DNA of 64,000 nt from Candidatus Thorarchaeota archaeon (GTDB taxonomy: Archaea > Asgardarchaeota > Thorarchaeia > Thorarchaeales > Thorarchaeaceae): contig DXJO01000010.1 of assembly GCA_019057475.1 (NCBI GenBank), positions 288,001 through 352,000 on the forward strand, read 5' to 3'. This document shows, in pieces, positions 46,795 to 56,114 of this stretch; within the stretch, counting starts at the first letter, position 1; each line of letters starts with the position of its first letter. The notes under the pieces are model-generated. The model was not told where the DNA came from and made no database searches. It worked only from the letters and a program-made list of their open reading frames with translations. The position numbers were made by a program, and so were the translations under genes.

Positions 46795-47769
46795 TTACAC
46801 GATTTCGCGTACTGCGCTAATGATTCTATCCTTGTCTGGAATGAATGCCTGTTCAAGAGGGGGACTGAATGGAACCGGAGTATCAGGCGCGTTGACTCTC
46901 TTGATGGGCGCATCAAGCCAATCGAATGCTTCCTCTTGAACAATAGCAGCAATCTCAGCAGTTGTTGCTCCGGTTTTCGTTTCCTCTGTCACGAGAACAA
47001 GGCGTCCAGTCTTCTTCACTGAGTCAATGAGGGTCCTCTTGTCCAGAGGTACCAATGTGCGCGGATCAATAACTTCCGTACTGATTCCTTGCTTGGCTAG
47101 CTCGTCTGCGGCCTCAATGGCCTTGTGCACCATGAGGAATGTCCCCCATATCGTGACATCGTCGCCCTCTCTGTGAACTCTTGCCTTGCCGAACGGGATT
47201 AGATATTCTTCGTCAGGTACTTCCTCCTTTCGGTCATAGACAAGCTTATGCTCGAAGAACATTACTGGATCAGGGTCTCGGATGGCAGTCTTGATGAGGC
47301 CTTTAGCATCATAGGCAAAGGATGGTACAGCGATCTTGAGCCCAGGTGTGTGCATGAACCAAGCTTCAAGGCTCTGTGAATGATGAGAGGCGAGATTCTT
47401 TCCTCCTCCAAACACACTTCGCAGAACAAGCGGGACTGAAGTCTGTCCTCCGAACATATACCTCAGCTTCGCGGCCTGGTTGCAGACTTGGTCCATGGCC
47501 AGTGTGATGAGGTCTCCGAACATTATCTCCGCAACTGGAATCATCCCGGTGATGGCCGCTCCCAGCGCAGCTCCTGCAATTGCGTTCTCAGATATCGGAG
47601 TGTCTCGGACTCTGTCATCCCCAAATTCCTCCGCAAGGCCTTTCGTGACCTTGAAAGCCCCGCCCCAGTTGCGACCAATGTCCTCTCCCATAATGAAGAC
47701 TCTCTCATCGCGCAACATCTCCTCACGAAGGCCTTCCTTGAGGGCATCTCTGTAGGTCTTCTCAGGCAT
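46795..47769 (-). CDS. pdhB: 2-oxoacid/acetoin dehydrogenase E1 beta
   Basis: GEDIG, DTPISE, HSQS, FFEHK. Confidence 0.9.
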   Translation of the reverse strand: MPEKTYRDALKEGLREEMLRDERVFIMGEDIGRNWGGAFKVTKGLAEEFGDDRVRDTPISENAIAGAALGAAITGMIPVAEIMFGDLITLAMDQVCNQAAKLRYMFGGQTSVPLVLRSVFGGGKNLASHHSQSLEAWFMHTPGLKIAVPSFAYDAKGLIKTAIRDPDPVMFFEHKLVYDRKEEVPDEEYLIPFGKARVHREGDDVTIWGTFLMVHKAIEAADELAKQGISTEVIDPRTLVPLDKRTLIDSVKKTGRLVLVTEETKTGATTAEIAAIVQEEAFDWLDAPIKRVNAPDTPVPFSPPLEQAFIPDKDRIISAVREIV

Positions 47770-48738
47770 CTAGGCCACCCCCGCGAAGACATCATCCAGT
47801 ACTTCCTGTGGTTCTGGGTACTCGGATTTCACTGCGAAATCAGCAGCATTGTCGACTTCCTTCTGCAGCTTCCTTCGAATGTCCTTGGCTTCTTTCTTTG
47901 TCAGCGCCTTCTTCTCCAAGGCAATGTTCTGAATGGTTTCAACGGCATCCTTGCTGAGCCAGAAATCGACCTCTTCCTTGGGCCTGTACTTGGCCGGGTC
48001 GAATCTTGAATGTCCTCGCATTCGATAAGTTTGACATTCTATCAGGCTGGGTCCGCCGCCCTTTCTGGCTCTTTTCACAGCCTCTATGGTGGCTTCATAG
48101 ACCTCTACCGCGTTGTTTCCATCTACCACACAGCTTGGAATGCAGTATGCCTCAGCTCTCTGTGCAATGCTCTGACTGGGACAGGTTAACGCAATTGGCG
48201 TACCCATCGCATAGAAGTTGTTCTCGACAATCCAAATCACAGGCAGTTTCCAGATTGCTGACAAGTTGAGGGACTCACCGAAAGTTCCGTTGTTTGAAGC
48301 ACCATCGCCAAAGAAACAAGCGACAACCTCCTTGGTTGCTCTCATTTGGCATGAGAGCGCAGCACCTGCCGCGATGGGCAGACCAGATGCCACAACACCT
48401 GTGGCCCCGAGCACTCCAGCTTTAAACTCCGTGATGTGCATTGAGCCGCCCTTGCCCTTGCATGAGCCAGTTCGCTTGCCAAGTAGTTCAGCCAGTGCCG
48501 CGTTCATGTCTGCACCCTTAGCAACGACATGACCATGACCCCTGTGTGTGCTCTGAACCCAGTCGCTCTTCTTCAGTGCCGCTGTCACTCCAGCCGCCAC
48601 CGCTTCTTGTCCTAGGTATAGATGCAGCGTTCCTGGAACAAGATTCTCTCCGAAGAGGTCCCAGACCTTTTCTTCAAAGAGGCGAACCTTCAACGTTCGC
48701 GTGTACAAATCGACGAGCTTCTTCTTTGTGACTGCCAT
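47770..48738 (-). CDS. pdhA: 2-oxoacid/acetoin dehydrogenase E1 alpha
   Basis: HLYLGQEA, STHRGHGH, GKGGSMH, GDGA..NG TPP motif, YRMRGHS. Start set at MAVTKK. Confidence 0.9.
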   Translation of the reverse strand: MAVTKKKLVDLYTRTLKVRLFEEKVWDLFGENLVPGTLHLYLGQEAVAAGVTAALKKSDWVQSTHRGHGHVVAKGADMNAALAELLGKRTGSCKGKGGSMHITEFKAGVLGATGVVASGLPIAAGAALSCQMRATKEVVACFFGDGASNNGTFGESLNLSAIWKLPVIWIVENNFYAMGTPIALTCPSQSIAQRAEAYCIPSCVVDGNNAVEVYEATIEAVKRARKGGGPSLIECQTYRMRGHSRFDPAKYRPKEEVDFWLSKDAVETIQNIALEKKALTKKEAKDIRRKLQKEVDNAADFAVKSEYPEPQEVLDDVFAGVA

Positions 48739-48952
48739 TATATAATTCGCCTGCCCGACAGAGAGCTTCTGGGCGCCTCCGAGAGTCACACCAGATAAAG
48801 GCTTCGAAGTAGATACCATGAAGGGCTTCCCGCGGAACCCATTGCAACCATGAAACTCATATCGCGGTGCGCGCGAACCAAACACAGACAGCAAGAACGC
48901 GTTGTGGTCGATAATGGATGCCATTGCAGCGTGAAATGAGGAATGGAACTCC

Positions 48953-49741
48953 ATGAATGATAGGCGTGACGCCCATTCGGAGCTGAGAGGGGGTTATGAA
49001 GCTGCAGCGGAATTCTACGATCTCTTCGCAAAGAATGACGACATCCCATTCTACCTTGACTATGCTCGCAGACAGGGGTCTCCGATTCTGGACCTCGCTG
49101 CGGGTGCGGGGCGTGTTTCTTTTGCTCTCGCACGTGAGGGCTTTGAGGTCGTGGCATTGGAGAGGTCTGAAGATATGCTTCGAGTGGCAAGGCAGCGTCA
49201 CAATGACCTGACAGAGGTCATCGCGAAGCAAGTGACCATTATTGAAGGGGATTTTACAGACTTCACGCTGAACCAGCAATTCTCTCTTATCATCATTCCT
49301 GCATCCTTTGGGCATGCGTTGACGAGGGATGAACAGCTCTCCACTCTATCGTGCGTGAGGTGCCATCTTCGGGATAACGGCTTATTCATACTTGATTTGT
49401 TTCCAGGTGGTGTACAGCCAGAGCGTGCGTTTTTCGAGGATGTTCCTGTAGAGCTACCCGATGGGCGTATCGTCAGGCGTGTTGGAGAGATGCGCGTCGA
49501 CCCAGCGCGTCAGATTCTAGAACTGAAACTTCACTTCATCATAAGCGACCCGCAAATCGAGCCCAAAAAGGAGGAATGCTTTGAGCTTCTATCTGGAGCA
49601 GCACTGATCCACAACCGAGAGGCTAACATGTTGATGAGAATGAGCGATTTAGAAATAGTGGAGGAGTTCGGTGACTTCGATAGGCGCCCCTTCAGCTCCG
49701 ATTGTGGAAGGAGAATCTTGGTTCTTAGGAAGAGTTCTTGA
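48953..49741 (+). CDS. Class I SAM-dependent methyltransferase
   Basis: ILDLAAGAGR motif I, IEGDF, HLRDNGLFILD. Confidence 0.88.
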   Translation: MNDRRDAHSELRGGYEAAAEFYDLFAKNDDIPFYLDYARRQGSPILDLAAGAGRVSFALAREGFEVVALERSEDMLRVARQRHNDLTEVIAKQVTIIEGDFTDFTLNQQFSLIIIPASFGHALTRDEQLSTLSCVRCHLRDNGLFILDLFPGGVQPERAFFEDVPVELPDGRIVRRVGEMRVDPARQILELKLHFIISDPQIEPKKEECFELLSGAALIHNREANMLMRMSDLEIVEEFGDFDRRPFSSDCGRRILVLRKSS

Positions 49742-49760
49742 TGAATCTAGAAAAACAAAG

Positions 49761-49784
49761 GAAGGGCCAATCAATGGCCCCTTC
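49761..49784. terminator. Hairpin between convergent genes
   Basis: GAAGGGCCA-ATCAA-TGGCCC(C)TTC. Confidence 0.35.
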
Positions 49785-51030
49785 ACTTGCCTTTCACTTC
49801 GTCAGGAGAAGGCAACTGGTCGACTTTTCTGGGTTCTTGTCTAAACTCGACACCTTTCTCCGATTCCAGTGATTCAGTGTACAGTACCTCGCCTGTAACG
49901 ATGGCATCACGCTCGATGTATATCGTGCGGCCATAAACGCTCTTCACCCTAGCGCGCTCCTCGATTCGGATATCATCACCATAGAGTGAGTCCGTCCTTG
50001 CGCGTTCGCGGATTAGAATCTCCTTTGAGTGCACAAAGCCGCTGACTTCGGCCTTCTTGCCAATTCGGAATCCATCTTCGGCATAGGTTTCTTCGGCATC
50101 AAGTCTCCCGCCAACTATAATGCGAAATGTCTTGATCTTGCCGCCCACCTCAATTCTGCCGCCTACCTTTATCTTCCTTTCACAGGTCAGGTCGGCTCCG
50201 ACTTCAATTTTCCCTCCGACATCGATATCATCACTTAGGTGGAGTGAGCCATCCACGCGGACTTTCCCGCCCACGTCGATTGTTTGGCCAGTCGCGTCAC
50301 CATCGATGCCCACACTACCTCCGACGTCAATGCTACCGAAGGTTAGGTCACCTGATCCCTTGAAGGAGCCTCCCACATCAACAGAGTCCACCTTTGAACC
50401 AGAACCAACTCTTGCAGATCCACCCACATCAATCTCTTCAACCTCAACAGCTCCCTCGGCCTTGAAGCTTCCACCTATGTTCACCTTGCCAATGCGGCCA
50501 ACTGTGCACTTGCCGGATCCACCGACGTCCAGCTCATCGCAATCGATACGGCCTTCAACCTTGATCGATCCTCCGGCGTCCAATCTTAAGACCTCTGCAT
50601 CACCCGCAATCCTGATTGAGCCGCCTCCGTTCAGTCGCCTTGCCTTGGCGTTTCCGCCAACTCTGATTGATCCACCACCCTTGCCAGAGTCACATGTCAA
50701 GTCCTTCTCGACACGCAATGAACTGCCTGCCTCTATTACGCGGGCACTGGCACTTCCTGTTACCTCTAATGTACCATTTCTTACAACAGCGCTTTCTTCA
50801 ATAATCAGGTCGCCGTTCACAAGAATGCGGTTTCTGGTTTTAGCCTCTAAATTGCGAGCTCTTAATGAGCCATCAATCTCTAGCTCACCCTGCACGTACA
50901 GAGTCCCAGCGATCACAATCTCAGAACCTTGCTGTGGAACCAAGTGTCTGCATTTCTTGATTTCAACGTCGCCCTCAACTGTTCCGAGCTCGACGGTTTC
51001 TTTGTTTTCAAACTTCAATCGTTCAGCCAT
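49783..51030 (-). CDS. Extended bactofilin-like (polymer-forming) beta-helix repeat protein
   Basis: Many ~17-aa repeats of the form (D/N)VGGS.(K/R)V.G; ends with G..IYIE...IV.GEV.Y. Confidence 0.65.
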   Translation of the reverse strand: MAERLKFENKETVELGTVEGDVEIKKCRHLVPQQGSEIVIAGTLYVQGELEIDGSLRARNLEAKTRNRILVNGDLIIEESAVVRNGTLEVTGSASARVIEAGSSLRVEKDLTCDSGKGGGSIRVGGNAKARRLNGGGSIRIAGDAEVLRLDAGGSIKVEGRIDCDELDVGGSGKCTVGRIGKVNIGGSFKAEGAVEVEEIDVGGSARVGSGSKVDSVDVGGSFKGSGDLTFGSIDVGGSVGIDGDATGQTIDVGGKVRVDGSLHLSDDIDVGGKIEVGADLTCERKIKVGGRIEVGGKIKTFRIIVGGRLDAEETYAEDGFRIGKKAEVSGFVHSKEILIRERARTDSLYGDDIRIEERARVKSVYGRTIYIERDAIVTGEVLYTESLESEKGVEFRQEPRKVDQLPSPDEVKGK

Positions 51031-51135
51031 TTTTTATTTGTCCTTGGCTTTCTTCCTATGTATAGCACGGGATTTTTGGTATATAAAGCGGAACCACAAT
51101 GAGAGGTCACAAGATGTGACTATTCCCAAAGCCCC

Positions 51136-51441
51136 CTACATACCTATGATTGGGTCCGGGATAGGTATTCCTACAAGCCCTGCCATCCTCTTGTATAATT
51201 CTAGGTACTGATGTCCACGGACTGTGACTTTGTAGACCCTCCTACCGTCATCATCTTCATCTTCGAGAAGGCCTCTATCCAATAGCTCTGTGAGGCTAGT
51301 CTTTGCACGGTCTACTGGCATGTTTGTGGATCGGGCTGCGCGAGTCAGTGGACAGTGGCCATAGATATAGATCACACGGATGAGCTCTGCATAGATGTCA
51401 TATCTCGTCCGTTTCAGACGCTCTTTCTTCTTCTTGGCCAT
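51136..51441 (-). CDS. Winged-HTH transcriptional regulator
   Basis: KRTRYDIYAELI...LTRAARSTNM...LLDRGLL...YKVTVRGHQYL. Confidence 0.85.
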   Translation of the reverse strand: MAKKKKERLKRTRYDIYAELIRVIYIYGHCPLTRAARSTNMPVDRAKTSLTELLDRGLLEDEDDDGRRVYKVTVRGHQYLELYKRMAGLVGIPIPDPIIGM

Positions 51442-51525
51442 TGAATGCAACCGACTCCTAGCACACTTCTCAGCATAAAAAAGCAGTGAATGACTGCCTT
51501 CTGAGAGTATCGCCTAGCAATCTTT

Positions 51526-52302
51526 ATGACCGGCGCCTTGGCTGAATTCATGCCGGGGAAGCCAGTGATACTGCGAGTCTTTTTGTTGCGACGAAACGTG
51601 GGCGAGCATCTCTGCGGCATGTCATTTGAGCACGATGTTTCGGAGCAAACCACCTCAATGCCCCCTCACATCAGAGCATGTGTCACACTTTTTGGCTCCA
51701 GAGAAAGCACCGCACATAGTCGTGCCTACACGCTCCAGCAGGATGGCTTGGTTTGGGTTTACATGTTCTTTGAGATGTTTGCAGTTGTGGTGTTAACAAC
51801 TGAAGACGAGGACATCCCACGCCTCCGGAAGCGAATGCTTTCTCTTGGCAAGGCCTTTTCCAATTCGTTCGGACACCTAATAGCATCCTGGAGCGGCGAC
51901 ATGGACGATATCGAAGGAGTCGGTGCGCTTGTAGAACGATATATGCGTCTCGATCTAGATCTTGGAAACGATATTCTGTCTAAGATTGAAAGTCTAGTCA
52001 ACACTATTCTTGAGAGCTACGATGTAGCCTACGCCGGAGTCTTTGATGCGGGAGGAGACCTGCTCTCGGGCGATATCCCGGAGAGTCATATCCCAAGCAT
52101 CCAAGATGAGATAGCCGTCGCAGGAATCAATTCCGGAGTGGAGCTAATGCCACATGCAGTTGATATTCAAGGTCATAGTGTGCAGATGCTCAGGGTCAGC
52201 TCCCTATCAATTGCTGTAGCCGCATATCGTGACGAAAGCCGGATGGCAGCTGCAAAAGCAGTGAGCGAGATTGCACAAGCACTTCACGAAGCGATGGACT
52301 AA
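51526..52302 (+). CDS. Longin-like + roadblock/profilin-like two-domain protein
   Basis: N-domain ILRVFLLRRNVGEHL...AFSNSFGHLIASWSGD; C-domain VAYAGVFDAGGDLL...SIAVAA...AVSEIAQAL. Confidence 0.55.
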   Translation: MTGALAEFMPGKPVILRVFLLRRNVGEHLCGMSFEHDVSEQTTSMPPHIRACVTLFGSRESTAHSRAYTLQQDGLVWVYMFFEMFAVVVLTTEDEDIPRLRKRMLSLGKAFSNSFGHLIASWSGDMDDIEGVGALVERYMRLDLDLGNDILSKIESLVNTILESYDVAYAGVFDAGGDLLSGDIPESHIPSIQDEIAVAGINSGVELMPHAVDIQGHSVQMLRVSSLSIAVAAYRDESRMAAAKAVSEIAQALHEAMD

Positions 52303-52347
52303 ATTACGCAATCGCTAAATGGTGACTGACCTTTTACGGATGTGTGA

Positions 52348-53022
52348 TTGCTGATGGATTTGGCCACTGAAATCATTGCGACTGCCGAGAAGGACATAGA
52401 GCAAGCACTCTGGCAGAGTGTTCGAGATAATGATAACGACAAGGCATTGACTGTCTATCACAAATCACGAATCAAACTAGTGTCACTGACCAACCTATCT
52501 GATGTGGAAGAGAGGGACCGGAACCGCGTTCTTGCTTACTGCCTAATGCGCATCGACGACGCATTATTCTCCAAGGGTGATACTGCAGACGCCGTGAGTC
52601 GGACTCAAGAGGCAATGAGTATAGCGCAACGTTCCGAAGATGAGGTTCAAATTGCTAGATGTCAGTTGGCGCTAGGTGCTCGGCTCATGAATCAGGGAAA
52701 GATCGCAGAGGCGGAGGAGCATTATCGCGGGATACTCACGACTCACATGGACAGTGAAAATGAGGATTTAATCCAGGTGGTTGGGTGGACCCTAATAACG
52801 AGGGGCCATCTATTGAATGCTAAAAGCCTCCATGACCAAGCGCTCTTTGTACTTCTTGATGCCGAGAATCGACTGAAGTCCATCGATAATTACGCGGGCA
52901 TTGCCGCAGCGAACGAGCTCCTGGTGAAAGTGTACTCCAATCTTGGATGGTCAGAGGATGCCCAGAAATATCGTCGAATGGCGATTAAGTACAAGGAGAA
53001 GGCAAAACGCGAACAGAGGTGA
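52348..53022 (+). CDS. TPR-like helical repeat protein
   Basis: LALGARLMNQGKIAEAEEHY, RGHLLNAKSLHDQAL, VYSNLGWSEDAQKY. Confidence 0.75.
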   Translation: MLMDLATEIIATAEKDIEQALWQSVRDNDNDKALTVYHKSRIKLVSLTNLSDVEERDRNRVLAYCLMRIDDALFSKGDTADAVSRTQEAMSIAQRSEDEVQIARCQLALGARLMNQGKIAEAEEHYRGILTTHMDSENEDLIQVVGWTLITRGHLLNAKSLHDQALFVLLDAENRLKSIDNYAGIAAANELLVKVYSNLGWSEDAQKYRRMAIKYKEKAKREQR

Positions 53023-53121
53023 GCGTTCTAGCAGAGCGGGCATTTCGCATCACTGTGCGAAACAAAGAAGTACTACGCGGCACCGGTAGGTTTTGTTAAT
53101 GGACATGAGGTTCGTTATGCA

Positions 53122-53748
53122 ATGATTGTCGGCATCTGCGGTTCACCCAAGAAGGAACGTTCCAACACTCGATACCTGCTCGAGAAGGCGCTCGAAGCAG
53201 CTTCTGATATTCTTTCAGAGGGCAAGACTAAGCGCGCAACAACTGTTCTGCTTAACATAAGTGACTTCGAGATCCGACACTGTACAGGATGTGACACTTG
53301 TGTGAGAAAGAAGCCCTGCCCTGAGAGTGAACACGACGACATGCCCAAGATTGAGGAGAAGCTGCTCAAGGCGGATGGAATCATCATCGCTGCTCCGTCA
53401 TACTTCACTGCTGTCCCTGGCGTGCTGAAGGACTTCATAGACCGCTCGAGACCGATGAAGATGTTGGACCATCAGCTGAAAGACAAGCTCTTCGGTGCTA
53501 TCACCTATGCTGGTCTTCGGTATGGTGGACAAGAGCACGTGATTGACTACCTCAATAGATACGCTCTAGGACAGGGGATGATTGTCATTGGAGCAGTGGG
53601 GAGTCCGGTAAGAGATGGAACCTTCGGGTCGGGAAGTATGCAGACGGATGAGGGTGAATGGAGGTCCGCAAAGAAGGACCAGCTGGCAGTTGAGGGTAGC
53701 CAGCAGCTTGGTCGTCGAATGGCTGAGCTTGTCAAGAAATTGAAGTAA
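53122..53748 (+). CDS. Iron-sulfur flavoprotein / flavodoxin family protein
   Basis: GSPKK..SNT, CTGCDTC.....C, ADGIIIAAPSYF, YGGQE. Confidence 0.9.
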   Translation: MIVGICGSPKKERSNTRYLLEKALEAASDILSEGKTKRATTVLLNISDFEIRHCTGCDTCVRKKPCPESEHDDMPKIEEKLLKADGIIIAAPSYFTAVPGVLKDFIDRSRPMKMLDHQLKDKLFGAITYAGLRYGGQEHVIDYLNRYALGQGMIVIGAVGSPVRDGTFGSGSMQTDEGEWRSAKKDQLAVEGSQQLGRRMAELVKKLK

Positions 53749-53762
53749 AGCGAGGGATTGTC

Positions 53763-54326
53763 ATGGTGAAACCAGACACAGGCGGTAAGGTTCAAGTATA
53801 CACCGGCAATGGCAAGGGCAAGACGACTTGCGCGTTAGGCCTTGGCATAAGAGCAGCGGGTCACGGACTTGAAGTGCTCATGATTAATTTCATGAAAGCG
53901 AAGGTCGCCGAAAGGAGCGGAACAAACGAGGTAAATTACGGAGAATTCAAAACTATCGAGCAGATTCCGAACTTCACAATCATCCCTGTCGGTCGCGAAA
54001 CCTTTGTCGACAAGGATAATCCTGACCCTGTAGATATAGAGATGGCCCAAAATGGCTTGAAGATGGCGCAGGACGCGCTTGCAGAACACAAGTGTGATGT
54101 CTTGATTCTCGATGAGATCAACGTGGCAGTGGAGTGGAACTTGATTTCCTTGGATGAACAGTTGGGCTTAATTAAGATAAAACCCGCGGATGTCGAGGTC
54201 ATCATGACTGGTCGTTATGCCAGCGAAGAAATTATTGAGGCTGCAGATTTGGTCACCGAGATGAAAGAAGTCAAACACTACTTTGAAACGGAGAAAATTT
54301 ACGCTCGGAGAGGATTCGAGTTCTAG
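53763..54326 (+). CDS. cobO: Cob(I)alamin adenosyltransferase
   Basis: YTGNGKGKTT, ILDEI, MTGR, ADLVTEM..VKH, RRGFEF. Confidence 0.93.
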   Translation: MVKPDTGGKVQVYTGNGKGKTTCALGLGIRAAGHGLEVLMINFMKAKVAERSGTNEVNYGEFKTIEQIPNFTIIPVGRETFVDKDNPDPVDIEMAQNGLKMAQDALAEHKCDVLILDEINVAVEWNLISLDEQLGLIKIKPADVEVIMTGRYASEEIIEAADLVTEMKEVKHYFETEKIYARRGFEF

Positions 54327-54422
54327 TCCAAGAAGGGCACTGGAGTCGCCTGCATCCCTTGCAGAATCGAACAGTTAATATTGTGTTTGAAAGAGCTGGT
54401 GTTTGTTAAGGAGGATAACCTA

Positions 54423-56084
54423 GTGGGTGACCAGGGTTCCATTAAGAAAGCGAAGAAAAGCTGGGAATCAAGTAAGCTCTCCAACCAGAAGCAGTGGCGA
54501 GATGAGTTTGTCACGACCTCAAGCAAGCCTGTTAAGGTGATTTACACTCCACTAGACATTCCTGACCTCGATTACATGCGGGACCTAGGATTTCCCAGTC
54601 AGTATCCGTACACCCGCGGCGTGCAGCCTTCGATGTATCGGGGTCGCATTTGGACAATGCGGCAGTTTGCTGGGATGGGCAGCGCAGAGGAAACGAACCA
54701 ACGTTTCAAATTCTTGCTCGATCATGGTCAGACAGGACTGAGTGTAGCTTTTCATCTGCCAACAATCTATGGACGGGACTCTGACCACCCATATGCGCTT
54801 GGTGAGGTTGGAAAGCTTGGTGTTGCCATTGACACGCTACGGGATATGGAGATACTACTTGATGGACTTCCTCTTGATAAGGTCACAACTTCAATGACGA
54901 TCAACGCTCCTGCTTCGATACTTCTCGCCATGTACATGATTACCGCTCAGAAACAGGGAGTTGCTCCGACTCAGATTGGAGGGACTATTCAAAACGATAT
55001 TCTAAAGGAGTACATGGCCCAAAAATCATACATCTACAGCCCTGAGCCATCAATGAGAATCATCACAGACATCATGGGCTATTGCGCGAAAAACATCCCC
55101 CGTTGGAACACCATCTCCATCTCCGGCTATCACATTCGGGAGGCTGGTTCGACCGCGACTCAGGAGCTTGCATTCACATTAGCCAACGGATTGACGTACG
55201 TACAAGCAGGCATTGATGCGGGACTGGATGTGGACGTCTTCGCTCCCCGTTTATCATTCTTCTTCAATTCACATAATGACATATTCGAGGAGGTCGCGAA
55301 GTTCCGAGCCGCACGCCGCATCTGGGCGCGCGAGATGAAGGAACGGTTCAAGGCGAAGAAGTCAAGGTCTCTTTGGATGCGATTCCACACTCAAACTGCT
55401 GGCTGTTCACTAACTGCTCAGCAGCCAATTGTCAATGTTGTGCGTACAGCGTATCAGGCCCTCGCGGCAGTTCTTGGAGGTACTCAGTCTCTTCACACAA
55501 ACAGCATGGACGAAGCTTTCTGTTTGCCAACAGAAGATGCAGTCCGTGTGGCGCTCAGGACTCAGCAGGTCATCGCGCATGAAAGTGGAGCGGCCAACAC
55601 GATAGACCCACTTGCGGGCTCGTACTATATCGAATCGTTGACCAACGAAATGGAGGAGGAGGCCTACAAGTACTTCGATCGGTTCGATGCCATGGGCGGT
55701 GTTATCCCCGCCATCGAGAAGGGATTCCCGCAGAGGGAGATAGCCAACGCATCGTATAAGTACCAACGCGAGATCGAAGCCAACAAAAGGATAATAGTAG
55801 GTGTCAATGACTTCGTTCTTGAGGGTGAAGAGATCACAATCCCGGTGCTCAAGATAGACCCTGAGATTGAGAGAAAGCAGGTGGAACGTACTCAGAGAAT
55901 CCGGAGAGAGCGTGACAAGAAGAAGTTCGAGGAAGCTCTCAATGCACTTAGAAAGGCCTCCGAGGGAGCAGACAATGTTATGCCCCATATCGTCAATGCG
56001 GTGAAGGCCTATGCCACTGTGGGTGAGATATGTGATGTATGGCGGGACATCTGGGGCGAATGGGAAGAACCGAAGATCTACTAG
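54423..56084 (+). CDS. Acyl-CoA mutase large subunit, isobutyryl-CoA-mutase type
   Basis: [47 protein letters not shown]. No fused B12 domain. GTG start follows GGAGG. Confidence 0.9.
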   Translation: MGDQGSIKKAKKSWESSKLSNQKQWRDEFVTTSSKPVKVIYTPLDIPDLDYMRDLGFPSQYPYTRGVQPSMYRGRIWTMRQFAGMGSAEETNQRFKFLLDHGQTGLSVAFHLPTIYGRDSDHPYALGEVGKLGVAIDTLRDMEILLDGLPLDKVTTSMTINAPASILLAMYMITAQKQGVAPTQIGGTIQNDILKEYMAQKSYIYSPEPSMRIITDIMGYCAKNIPRWNTISISGYHIREAGSTATQELAFTLANGLTYVQAGIDAGLDVDVFAPRLSFFFNSHNDIFEEVAKFRAARRIWAREMKERFKAKKSRSLWMRFHTQTAGCSLTAQQPIVNVVRTAYQALAAVLGGTQSLHTNSMDEAFCLPTEDAVRVALRTQQVIAHESGAANTIDPLAGSYYIESLTNEMEEEAYKYFDRFDAMGGVIPAIEKGFPQREIANASYKYQREIEANKRIIVGVNDFVLEGEEITIPVLKIDPEIERKQVERTQRIRRERDKKKFEEALNALRKASEGADNVMPHIVNAVKAYATVGEICDVWRDIWGEWEEPKIY

Positions 56085-56114
56085 GTGCGAGAGAACATCA
56101 GAGCACAGCTCTCA

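Noticed and set aside
46785-46952. N-terminal extensions given by the ORF track for E2 (also E1 alpha, galK, porG, iorB and the 30684 ORF)
   Set aside because: They overlap neighbouring genes or precede the conserved domain start. Downstream starts with SD-like sequences or stop/start coupling fit better.
50120-51211. 363-aa plus-strand ORF rich in PPTS repeats
   Set aside because: Antisense shadow of the VGG-repeat gene; the periodicity is fully explained by the minus-strand protein.
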